DNA of 64,000 nucleotides from a virus (IMGVR_UViG_3300027255_000165), one strand, 5' to 3'. Shown: positions 45,260 through 53,013, counted from the stretch's first letter. Notes: generated by a model from the sequence alone, not told the origin. Translations and numbers: made by a program.

Positions 45260-46966
45260 TTATTGAATATACTTGTAAATTCTAAGTTCAACAGTAGCTC
45301 CGGCAGCGTTAAGTGAAGTCTCAACACCTGCAACAATTGGACCTGTAAGAGCTGCATGCCTCGTAGGGTCAATAGAATAATTACCAGCGACAATTTCACC
45401 ATCTGCAATCGTTTCAAAATACTTCCCACCGTAACCGGTAAAATACACCGAGTAAGGTACTATGTTCTTAGAACCGTCAAATTGGTGATTAACTCCAGTG
45501 AATTTAATGTATCCTCCCGGTGCAATGCTTAACCATTCAGCTTGAACAGCTCCAGGAATATCACCGACACCCGCTGCTTTATAGGTACCTGCGCCGGATC
45601 CAGGCATAATACCTTTAATGCTTATGTCAGTGTGGTTGTGTACAATCAGAGTGTGAGGGCCTGTTCCTACGTTAACTTCAGTATATGTTGTAGGGAAATA
45701 AGATCCTGCAACTGAACCCGCAGGTGGCATTGGATCTGGTAGAGTAGTTGGTCTGTATACATTTACAAGTGTAACGTCAAAATGCGCAGGCGATGTAATC
45801 GCAATTCCGCCAGTGGCATTGCCAAGTGTGAATAGATTATTTCCAGAAACTGCTGAAATAAAGCTTATGTTGTTTTGTGCTCTGTTAGTTGATGCATAAA
45901 TCCATTTACCTGACGCATTTGCAAGCTCCAAGTTCATAGTGAATTTGTTAATATCGCTCAAAGGTACGTCAGTTAGAGTAACTGAATGACCAGGTCTAAT
46001 TGGAAGCCATGGAGCCGCAGTATTGCCGTTTCCCAAAGGAGTACCGCTAGGAACGCCATAAGACGCTAACCATGCCTTACCAGCTCCTGATCCAATCGCA
46101 GCATCTTCAATCCACACCTTTACAATAGGTTCAGTTGCTGATGCGTTAGTGATTGTAAGAGAGTGTCCACCCGCTGCACCCAAAGAATATGTAGGTTCTA
46201 CAGGAGCTGTTTGGAACTTAAGTGTTGTAGGAAGAGATGTATTAAGTACACCTGACGCTTCAACCACAACTAACATAGGATTGTAGCCCTGTCCAGTGCC
46301 TCCACCTGTAAGACTTAAATTAGTGTGCCAGATATCTCTGGCTATCCAACATACTGCATAATCACCAGAAGGCTGTTCAAGTCTAACAATATCGCCAGCT
46401 CTTAGATCAGCAAATGCAGCTGTAGCTGCGTTTTTAGTAAAAAAGATGCTAAATGAGTTAACCCCATTCACAGCTGGATAAGCCATAGTAGCCCATATGT
46501 TAGAGACCAGATCATTAGTTGAAGCTGTGAATCCACCGTCAGACCATGGTCTGAATTCTACTGTGTTGTCCCATCCTGCAGGACCTGGAGCAACAGCTGC
46601 AGCCCATGAAGAATAAAGACCAGCTGCGGTTTCAGCCCATACTTTTGCGGCAACAACGTCAGAGAAAAGAGGTTGACCAAGTCTACCTGCAAAGTGATTA
46701 ATCATTTCAAGAACTTTAGCATCACCTGCTCCGCCGTCTGACCAGAACATCGGGTGAGCATCGGCTTCGTTCGTGTAACCTAGTGTGAAAGAATCCGACC
46801 AAATTGTCGTTTCACCTGAAATTTCAGCAGGTGGCATAGCACCTTTGCCTAGAGCAAGTTCGGCTGGCATTGCACCCGTTCCGTCCCACTCGTAAAGTTT
46901 GTTTGCTTTAGCGTTAACGCTGCCTAGACCTGGATTAGAAGATCTAAAATATAATGGATTTGGCAT
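45260..46966 (-). CDS. 568-aa Gly/Ala/Thr-rich beta-type protein (putative virion structural/adhesin) with internal domain duplication
   Basis: GATATATA promoter upstream; segments G.HSLTITN...WL.I.PG.SV...V and G.HTLIVHN...WL.I.PGG.I...V repeat. Confidence 0.7.
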   Translation of the reverse strand: MPNPLYFRSSNPGLGSVNAKANKLYEWDGTGAMPAELALGKGAMPPAEISGETTIWSDSFTLGYTNEADAHPMFWSDGGAGDAKVLEMINHFAGRLGQPLFSDVVAAKVWAETAAGLYSSWAAAVAPGPAGWDNTVEFRPWSDGGFTASTNDLVSNIWATMAYPAVNGVNSFSIFFTKNAATAAFADLRAGDIVRLEQPSGDYAVCWIARDIWHTNLSLTGGGTGQGYNPMLVVVEASGVLNTSLPTTLKFQTAPVEPTYSLGAAGGHSLTITNASATEPIVKVWIEDAAIGSGAGKAWLASYGVPSGTPLGNGNTAAPWLPIRPGHSVTLTDVPLSDINKFTMNLELANASGKWIYASTNRAQNNISFISAVSGNNLFTLGNATGGIAITSPAHFDVTLVNVYRPTTLPDPMPPAGSVAGSYFPTTYTEVNVGTGPHTLIVHNHTDISIKGIMPGSGAGTYKAAGVGDIPGAVQAEWLSIAPGGYIKFTGVNHQFDGSKNIVPYSVYFTGYGGKYFETIADGEIVAGNYSIDPTRHAALTGPIVAGVETSLNAAGATVELRIYKYIQ

Positions 46967-47032
46967 TTTAACTTAAATGTTTTTTGTTTCTGTATATATC
47001 ACATTTAAGACGGTAAAACTTCATCGAGATGA

Positions 47033-47060
47033 AAAAACCCGGTCAAAAAGACCGGGTTTG
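47033..47060 (-). terminator. Terminator after tRNA-His
   Basis: AAACCCGGTC/GACCGGGTTT plus T-run. Confidence 0.8.
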
Positions 47061-47117
47061 ACGGGGGACCGCGTAAAAGCCGTTGCGATCGGCTTGTTGA
47101 TACGCAATTTATATATC

Positions 47118-47195
47118 TGGGGTGACTGATCGGAATCGAACCGACGACCTCTTGAACCACAATCAAGCGCTCTAACCAACTGAGCTACAACCACC
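47118..47195 (-). tRNA. tRNA-His(GTG) with encoded G-1 and CCA
   Basis: G+GTGGTTG/CAGTCAC C CCA; loop TTGTGGT. Confidence 0.95.
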
Positions 47196-47201
47196 ATTTA
47201 C

Positions 47202-47430
47202 ATTAACACTAGTAACCGGGATTCTGTTTTATTCCACCATTAATCTAAGCCACTACCTTGCCCAGGCTGCTCACCCCTATGGACTATTACGTGTTGCATC
47301 CTCGGTGGTATAACGGTTATAACCTTTCCAAAACTCTGTTTTTTTACTAGTTTTGGAAAGGTTATAACCTTCCACCTTAAGCAGTGATGTCCCGAGTTTC
47401 CTCTCTTTCGAGCGATGGATCAGTGTTAAT
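47202..47430 (-). ncRNA. rnpB: RNase P RNA (type A-like, ~229 nt, S-domain replaced by a 21-bp hairpin)
   Basis: P4 strands GAGGAAACTCGGGAC and AACAGAATCCCGGTTAC; P1 ATTAACACT/AGTGTTAAT; P2 TCCATC/GGTGGA; P3 CTC-GAAA-GAG; P5 CATC/GATG; P6 CTGCT/AGCAG; P7 GGTGG/CCACC; P15 CAC/GTG with AGGTA. Confidence 0.85.
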
Positions 47431-47433
47431 TAT

Positions 47434-47637
47434 TTATTCAAAGCTAACGTGGCTGTGAATAGATGTAATTGTACAATGTGGATCAAACTGACATGTTTGT
47501 TTAGAAGCCCACGTTGAAGTGTCAACTAAATCATGATTAGAAGAGCATGAAGTAGATAACATTAGTGTTGCCAATGAAATTGACGCGATAGATAGTGTTG
47601 AAAAAATCATCACTAAAAAGTTCTTAAGATGTTTCAT
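47434..47637 (-). CDS. Small lipoprotein-like protein
   Basis: Hydrophobic signal ending LSTSC; GATATATAAG upstream. Confidence 0.65.
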   Translation of the reverse strand: MKHLKNFLVMIFSTLSIASISLATLMLSTSCSSNHDLVDTSTWASKQTCQFDPHCTITSIHSHVSFE

Positions 47638-47712
47638 AGTCCCAATGTTATTTTAATGTTATTAACTTATATATCAGTATTAACATATTGTTTACATTGG
47701 GTTAGATCTTAG

Positions 47713-47787
47713 TAGCGGGTGTGGGAGTCGAACCCACGTCGTTTGGCTTATGAGACCAGGCTGGAACCACCTCCAGTCCAACCCGCA
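47713..47787 (-). tRNA. tRNA-Met(CAT), initiator-like (1:72 mismatch)
   Basis: TGCGGGT/ACCCGCT, loop CTCATAA; lacks the three G-C anticodon-stem pairs. Confidence 0.85.
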
Positions 47788-47794
47788 ATGTTAG

Positions 47795-47867
47795 TGGACT
47801 CGGGCAGAATCGAACTGCCGACACATGGATTTTCAGTCCATTGCTCTACCAACTGAGCTACGAGTCC
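47795..47867 (-). tRNA. tRNA-Phe(GAA)
   Basis: GGACTCG/CGAGTCC; loop CTGAAAA. Confidence 0.95.
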
Positions 47868-47871
47868 ATGG

Positions 47872-47990
47872 GGAAGAGGCTCTGGGTCTTTCAGGGTTTC
47901 TGATAGATGATTTGTTTACGCTCTGATTACTCCAAACCCTTTTTCACCATTTTAACACCATCATCTATTACAGCTTGCACTGCCTCTTCC
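47872..47990 (-). ncRNA. Candidate ~120-nt structured RNA between tRNA-Tyr and tRNA-Phe
   Basis: Closing helix GGAAGAGGC/GCCTCTTCC, inner helix ATAGATGAT/ATCATCTAT, complementary AGGGTTT/AAACCCT. Confidence 0.6.
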
Positions 47991-47993
47991 TTG

Positions 47994-48075
47994 TGGGAGT
48001 AGAAGGACTCGAACCTCCGATGTCGTTAGACGATTGATTTACAGTCAACTGCAATAGCCACTATGCGATACTCCC
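47994..48075 (-). tRNA. tRNA-Tyr(GTA)
   Basis: GGGAGTA/TACTCCC; loop CTGTAAA; long variable arm. Confidence 0.94.
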
Positions 48076-48079
48076 ATTG

Positions 48080-48152
48080 TGATCCCTCCGGGGCTAGAAC
48101 CCGGGACCCGTACATTAAAAGTGTACTGCTCTACCAACTGAGCTAAAGAATC
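48080..48152 (-). tRNA. tRNA-Lys(TTT)
   Basis: GATTCTT/AGGGATC; loop CTTTTAA; T-loop TTCTAG variant. Confidence 0.92.
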
Positions 48153-48173
48153 ATTACCACCAAGTCAAAGACC

Positions 48174-48368
48174 TCAGACATCCATCTGCAATTCGTGAAA
48201 GCACTCTTTGCAAAGGAACATCATGTTGTGTTCGTTACGGACATCTGCATCAAAAGGATTCTCAGTCCAAACTCCCAACTTTTGTTCGCAACTTTCGCAA
48301 GTATCAACCAGGTGGCCGAACATTTGCTTAGCTGTTTCTTCGTTTGTCATCATCGTTTTCATAGTCAT
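48174..48368 (-). CDS. Small zinc-finger-like protein
   Basis: CESC...CKEC; class E promoter upstream. Confidence 0.6.
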   Translation of the reverse strand: MTMKTMMTNEETAKQMFGHLVDTCESCEQKLGVWTENPFDADVRNEHNMMFLCKECFHELQMDV

Positions 48369-48491
48369 AAATTTAATTAAGGTTTACTGTCTCCGTTAAA
48401 TTTGAACCACTATCTGATGATTACTGGGCTAATATACAACAAAAACTTGACCCGGTAAAACTTTTACGAAACTTTTTTACGGTTGCGATTG

Positions 48492-48565
48492 AGGTGAGTA
48501 GTGGATTCGAACCACTGAACGTCTGTTTTGCAAACAGCTCCCTTAGGCCACTCGAGCAACTCACC
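48492..48565 (-). tRNA. tRNA-Cys(GCA)
   Basis: GGTGAGT/ACTCACC; loop TTGCAAA; starts directly after the terminator U-tract. Confidence 0.92.
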
Positions 48566-48649
48566 AAAAAAAGAAAGGCCTCAATCTTTCGATGAGGCCT
48601 TTCAAGAACGTTAAGTAAAACAGTACTTACATTTTCACATAGGCCTCAT
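48566..48649 (-). promoter_or_regulatory. Terminator/antiterminator pair (attenuator) in front of tRNA-Cys
   Basis: Terminator GAAAGGCCTCA/TGAGGCCTTTC plus T7 (48566-48603); ATGAGGCCT at 48641-48649, inside the leader ORF, is complementary to the terminator 5' arm. Confidence 0.75.
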
Positions 48650-48704
48650 TCTCACCTGGATACCAGATGCAGAATTTATTGTTATGTTGAATTAGTGTAC
48701 GCAT
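48627..48704 (-). CDS. Leader peptide MRTLIQHNNKFCIWYPGENEAYVKM
   Basis: Manually translated; GATATATAAG and an A-rich leader lie upstream. Confidence 0.7.
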   Translation of the reverse strand: MRTLIQHNNKFCIWYPGENEAYVKM

Positions 48705-48725
48705 TGTTTTAGCTTTGTTTGAGAC

Positions 48726-48878
48726 TTATATATCTGAATCTTTCTTTGTTTCACCACAGTCACATGGTTTAATTGTGGCGATGGTTGTATTAACTACCCA
48801 TGCAACACACATAACCAAGAATAGTGATGCGAATGGGTGTTCTGCGATAATGTCTACGAGTTGTGCTAACGAGTTCAT
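48726..48878 (-). CDS. Small TM protein (50 aa, MNSLAQLVDIIAEHPFASLFLVMC...)
   Basis: Manually translated; its last codons GAT ATA TAA coincide with the GATATATA motif. Confidence 0.55.
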   Translation of the reverse strand: MNSLAQLVDIIAEHPFASLFLVMCVAWVVNTTIATIKPCDCGETKKDSDI

Positions 48879-48882
48879 GTCT

Positions 48883-49665
48883 TTAAAAGTCTACGCCTTC
48901 TACTGGCTGAGTTTGAGAATTGCCAGCTGCTTCAAACCGGAGCTGACTTACGGGATTCCACTTTAATGCTAACGCGCTCATGTTTTGATTGTACATTGAG
49001 CGAAGATCTTGTCGTGGGTGCCAAGTATACGTTGCTGGCAAAAATTCGTCTGATACGATGATATTTTGCTTTAACGTCTGTAGATTGGTTTCAACCAGCT
49101 TGCTGATTCCAGATTTATTCAATACATAACAATGTGTTTGATATGAGTAACCTGGACGAATAAAGTTAGTTAAACCTACGTTGAAATCTTTGACCATTGG
49201 ATGATTAACCAACAATCTCGATAAGAAGATGAGATCCCAATCATAGTTCTGTAATTCAGTAAAGACGCTCCAATCTATCGTTTCGATTGGATTGAAGTCA
49301 TCTTCTATGATTAAGATGTTTTCATAACCATTTCGGTATGCATCTTCCCAGATTTTAATGTGGGAGCAGATTCCACCGGCTTCACCAGTTGTTACTGGCC
49401 GATTCCACCATTCGTTGTTAGTGCCTTGAGCCCAATTATCATAGAACTTGATTCCATATTCATTTCGACCCTCCTCTGTCTTAAATAACTGGCGACCATT
49501 AACTCCTTCAATAATTTTATAAGGTGTTCCTGTGGGAACCCCTAGCCTGTTTAAACGATCAATTAACGAGTCATAACTCTGTTGACTATGATCTAAGGTA
49601 ATCAGGTAAATGTTATCAATCTTCATTCTTCTTGAAAATGATTTCTTCACCGTTCTCGTCATCAA
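48883..49665 (-). CDS. GT25 glycosyltransferase, procollagen-galactosyltransferase (COLGALT)-like
   Basis: GVNG, T.GE.G...SH..IW, ILIIEDD, WDLIFL.R, YSY.TH.Y.L...G..KL, DEFLP....HP. Confidence 0.85.
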   Translation of the reverse strand: MMTRTVKKSFSRRMKIDNIYLITLDHSQQSYDSLIDRLNRLGVPTGTPYKIIEGVNGRQLFKTEEGRNEYGIKFYDNWAQGTNNEWWNRPVTTGEAGGICSHIKIWEDAYRNGYENILIIEDDFNPIETIDWSVFTELQNYDWDLIFLSRLLVNHPMVKDFNVGLTNFIRPGYSYQTHCYVLNKSGISKLVETNLQTLKQNIIVSDEFLPATYTWHPRQDLRSMYNQNMSALALKWNPVSQLRFEAAGNSQTQPVEGVDF

Positions 49666-49960
49666 TCCAATCTATCACACCGTCTTGACGAAGACGAAGT
49701 AACGATTCATAGATGTCAATCTTAATTGTAATGTCATCGAATGCTTCAGCATCTAATTGTAGGTCTCCGTAATTGACTAGATTATCGGTCGCGGCTTCAC
49801 AAACCAAATCATGAAAAATATCTTCATGGGTTTGTGTTTTGAACAATACGTCATCATGGTGAACATGTTCATCAATGTGACGAACTCCCTGCACCATCTT
49901 GTCAGCGTATTCTTTAACTCGAGGAGTCCATTCGGTTGTGAAAAGATCTTCTAGTTTCAT
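49616..49960 (-). CDS. Hypothetical protein
   Basis: Acidic 114-aa ORF. Confidence 0.65.
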   Translation of the reverse strand: MKLEDLFTTEWTPRVKEYADKMVQGVRHIDEHVHHDDVLFKTQTHEDIFHDLVCEAATDNLVNYGDLQLDAEAFDDITIKIDIYESLLRLRQDGVIDWIDDENGEEIIFKKNED

Positions 49961-49962
49961 GA

Positions 49963-50613
49963 TTAAAAGTTTACTTCTACTCCGATTGCTTCAACAATTA
50001 GTGTACGGCCACGACGAATACGATTCTTAATGGTTTGAAGAGGAAGGTCGTGCTTCTTGGCAATGTCTTCATACTTCATGTTACCGATCAAACGATCAAC
50101 TAAGATGTCTTTGTATAAAGGCTTGAGCTCGCGAATTGCTTTCAATGCATTTTCATACGTATCGTTCAATTCACTTTCTTCTTCGTACCAATCCATTTCA
50201 GATTTGTAAGCTGCATCATCGATTAATTCTTCAAGAGCACGTACATTATTCATGCTTGTAACTTCTACTCCGTATTCGTCACGAAGACGATCGATTGAAG
50301 TCTTACGATTACGTTCGCGAATGTAGTACAAAGATTCGTTGTAAGCAATGCGATATAACCAAGTGGTGATCTGATACTGTGGATCATACTGATCGATCTT
50401 AGTCCACATCTTAATTAAAGTGTTGACTGCGATGTCTTCAGCGATATCACTATCTTTGATGATATTCTTGACGTAGTTTTGAAGGCCTGGCTTTACCTTA
50501 CGGTAGAGAGCGGTGTAATCTTCGTGTGAACGAGTTGCAATGTAATTTTCTGTGAGTTCGCGATAAGTTGCCATATTCTTTGTTTTTTGGTGGTTACTGG
50601 GTAAATATAACAA
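49963..50613 (-). CDS. Sigma-70/ECF-family RNA polymerase sigma factor
   Basis: Region 2 AEDIA...LIKMW.KI..YD....TTWLYRIAYN; region 4 HTH Y.DIA.....PL.TIKNRIRRGR. Confidence 0.92.
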   Translation of the reverse strand: MLYLPSNHQKTKNMATYRELTENYIATRSHEDYTALYRKVKPGLQNYVKNIIKDSDIAEDIAVNTLIKMWTKIDQYDPQYQITTWLYRIAYNESLYYIRERNRKTSIDRLRDEYGVEVTSMNNVRALEELIDDAAYKSEMDWYEEESELNDTYENALKAIRELKPLYKDILVDRLIGNMKYEDIAKKHDLPLQTIKNRIRRGRTLIVEAIGVEVNF

Positions 50614-50660
50614 AAAAATCTGAACCGTGAAACAGTTCAGTGAAAAAAGTTCAAACTTTT

Positions 50661-50885
50661 TTACTTTTGGTTCTTAGAGACGACCCCGTGGTTCTTGAAC
50701 AACAGGCTGAAAAGGACACTAATGCCCATGGCCTGCCAAAAAGAAACCGGGTTAACCGCATCAACTGCGGGAACGAGACAGTAATTCCAAAGGAACATTA
50801 CTGGCAATGCAAATAAGACCGCAGCTAGAGCGACTAAAACAATCACTACTACTGAGGCTCCGACAAGTTTGGTAAGATCTTCCAT
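50661..50885 (-). CDS. Small membrane protein
   Basis: Hydrophobic; M.LWN..VPA....P.SFWQA.G pattern. Confidence 0.7.
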   Translation of the reverse strand: MEDLTKLVGASVVVIVLVALAAVLFALPVMFLWNYCLVPAVDAVNPVSFWQAMGISVLFSLLFKNHGVVSKNQK

Positions 50886-50967
50886 CTATCTAAATAACTA
50901 ATTACTAGGTAAATATAACAAATTCCGGTGACCCGGAGAAACAATTGCGCAAAAAGTTATTAACAAT

Positions 50968-51495
50968 TTACTCAATGTCTTTATCTTCAAACAGCTTGAT
51001 CAGGTTACCAATCTTCATTGGTGTGTAATTCCAAAACTCACAAGCCATGTTAATCATCTTCTTCTTATGGTCAGGTTTGTACTTAGGGCTATAGAAACCA
51101 TAGTATAGGAAGTGTCCCTTTGACTTCTGGGGCCATTCCATCAGTGGCCAATAGGCAAATGTAGCATTCAGCTGAGGTTGCTCGAAGATACGGTTAATGA
51201 TCTGAGCGTTAGTCGGTAGAGCCTGCTTACCCTGCATGTCAAGGATTGCACTATCAAACTCAGCTGGAACCATTAGGATTCTACGACCGTTCAATTGCAT
51301 TAACACTTCTTCAGTGGTACTTGGATCCCATGCAAAGTTACCTAGATGAATGACATCATCTTCATCAGTAACTACTGAGTTCCAGCGCTGAATCATTTCT
51401 TCGTTCATTTCTTGAACGTTATCGAAAGGACGCTTGTTTTGCTTAATAATGGTGGCCCTGCCAAACTGGCAGTTACCAATCAGATATGTTGCCAT
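50968..51495 (-). CDS. Calcineurin-like metallophosphoesterase family (some metal ligands degenerate)
   Basis: RPF..V.EMN...I.RWNSVV...D.V.HLG.FA. Confidence 0.8.
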   Translation of the reverse strand: MATYLIGNCQFGRATIIKQNKRPFDNVQEMNEEMIQRWNSVVTDEDDVIHLGNFAWDPSTTEEVLMQLNGRRILMVPAEFDSAILDMQGKQALPTNAQIINRIFEQPQLNATFAYWPLMEWPQKSKGHFLYYGFYSPKYKPDHKKKMINMACEFWNYTPMKIGNLIKLFEDKDIE

Positions 51496-52073
51496 TAAAT
51501 GGTGATGAATTTGATGTTATAATTCTTCCACAAAGTATCCATGAAATGGTATTCATTCGAACCAGATCTTGCGTTATGAACTCTTTTGTCTTCTGATGTA
51601 TCAATAAACAAACAGATCACGAAGTCATAATGAGTTGCATAGATCATTGACTGACCGATGCCAGATCTAAGATCCGAGCCTGAAGCTCCTCTCTTAACTT
51701 CAATCGCGATGCGAAGATCGCCAAATTCAAAGACCATGTCTGGGCGGTTTTGAGTGCCCATGAAAACGATGTTGTGAACGGTAGTATTAACGTTACCCTC
51801 CCATTTCAAAGCTTTCTTAACCTTGTCCTTGGCCTCATTGCGGCCAATGGCCTCGCTATCGATCAAGTATTGAGTCATGGCCTCAACTATGTGAGGATAC
51901 ATGAACTGTTTGATCTTATCTTCGTTCTGTTTCTTGTAGTCGATAGTTCCAAATATCTCGTCATGTGTGATTCCCTCACACAGCGCATCAAGAATTTGTA
52001 ACCTCTTCTTCGATTTGCTCGCTATCTTCATTGGTTGAAAGATTAAATTCGGACTCTTGCAATTGTTGCTCAA
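51495..52073 (-). CDS. PD-(D/E)XK nuclease-fold protein
   Basis: RPDM...IAIEVK...GIGQSM.Y. Confidence 0.6.
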   Translation of the reverse strand: MSNNCKSPNLIFQPMKIASKSKKRLQILDALCEGITHDEIFGTIDYKKQNEDKIKQFMYPHIVEAMTQYLIDSEAIGRNEAKDKVKKALKWEGNVNTTVHNIVFMGTQNRPDMVFEFGDLRIAIEVKRGASGSDLRSGIGQSMIYATHYDFVICLFIDTSEDKRVHNARSGSNEYHFMDTLWKNYNIKFITI

Positions 52074-52515
52074 GTTCCTGTAATTGTGCGTGAAGTTCTC
52101 TAACTTCTGCGTTTCTTTCAGCCAATTGATCTAGTGCCGATGTGACCTGCTGGCCGACGTTGGTCAATAGACGGGTGAAAGAACGTGCTTTTTCAACACC
52201 CGTTCCTGAAATGTTTAGAAGGATATTGTAAAGGCCTGTCAACTCAGTTGATCTCATCATGATTGAAAAAGCATCTTCGTCAGATGTTTGAGTTGCCTTT
52301 GATGCTTTGTATTGCTCCTTCAGTTTATCATATACGTAAACTGCTAAAGCTGCGTTTTTAGATTCCCACTGGTAATCTTTATCGATGTGTTGAAGAATTT
52401 TGGATACGTGTGAATAATCTTCAAAATTTAGTTCAAACTCGTGGTTTGCAATTTCTACCTGAAGATCAGTTGTCTTCTTCTCTAGTTCTTGGATTTGTGA
52501 TTTTAAGTCTTGCAT
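51988..52515 (-). CDS. Coiled-coil hypothetical protein
   Basis: Heptads; GATATATA upstream. Confidence 0.7.
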   Translation of the reverse strand: MQDLKSQIQELEKKTTDLQVEIANHEFELNFEDYSHVSKILQHIDKDYQWESKNAALAVYVYDKLKEQYKASKATQTSDEDAFSIMMRSTELTGLYNILLNISGTGVEKARSFTRLLTNVGQQVTSALDQLAERNAEVRELHAQLQELEQQLQESEFNLSTNEDSEQIEEEVTNS

Positions 52516-52539
52516 GTTAAGTGATTTAGATTTTATATA

Positions 52540-53013
52540 TCAAAAGTCCGGATTTGTTACACGGACATCAAAATTTTCGAAACCAACATATTGTTGCTCA
52601 TCGGCATTAATTCTACGCTCTAAGCTATCAACTGTATCGTTTCGTTCTTTCATTCTTTCAAGACGGGTGTCCCTATCAATATCAAGAAACATAACCATAC
52701 ACTTAAGTCTGATTTCTTCAGGTAGCATATCGACCGCTTCACGGTTTAGGATGATAACCTCGCTATTCTCAAATTCTTCACGAGTTAAACCGTAAAACCA
52801 ACCGTTAAATTGTTGGTACTCGATCATGTCACCTGTGTTAATCAGCCCTAAGAACTGATCTTCAGTCAAAAAGAAATAGTCTTTACCATTTTGTTCTCCT
52901 ACTCGAGGAGGACGAGTGGTACAAGAAACACCAAACTTAAATCCACGTTCAATCAAACGCTTTCTAAGGTGGTCTTTACCTGCAGCTGCTTTACCTACTA
53001 AAACGAGTTTCAT
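52540..53013 (-). CDS. gmk: Guanylate kinase
   Basis: G...AGKD, SCTTRPPR.GE..G.DYFF, F.GW.YG. Confidence 0.88.
   Translation of the reverse strand: MKLVLVGKAAAGKDHLRKRLIERGFKFGVSCTTRPPRVGEQNGKDYFFLTEDQFLGLINTGDMIEYQQFNGWFYGLTREEFENSEVIILNREAVDMLPEEIRLKCMVMFLDIDRDTRLERMKERNDTVDSLERRINADEQQYVGFENFDVRVTNPDF

Noticed and set aside
47315-47369. 21-bp inverted repeat as a MITE/IS end or terminator
   Set aside because: No transposase, target duplication or U-tract; it sits exactly inside P7 of the RNase P fold.
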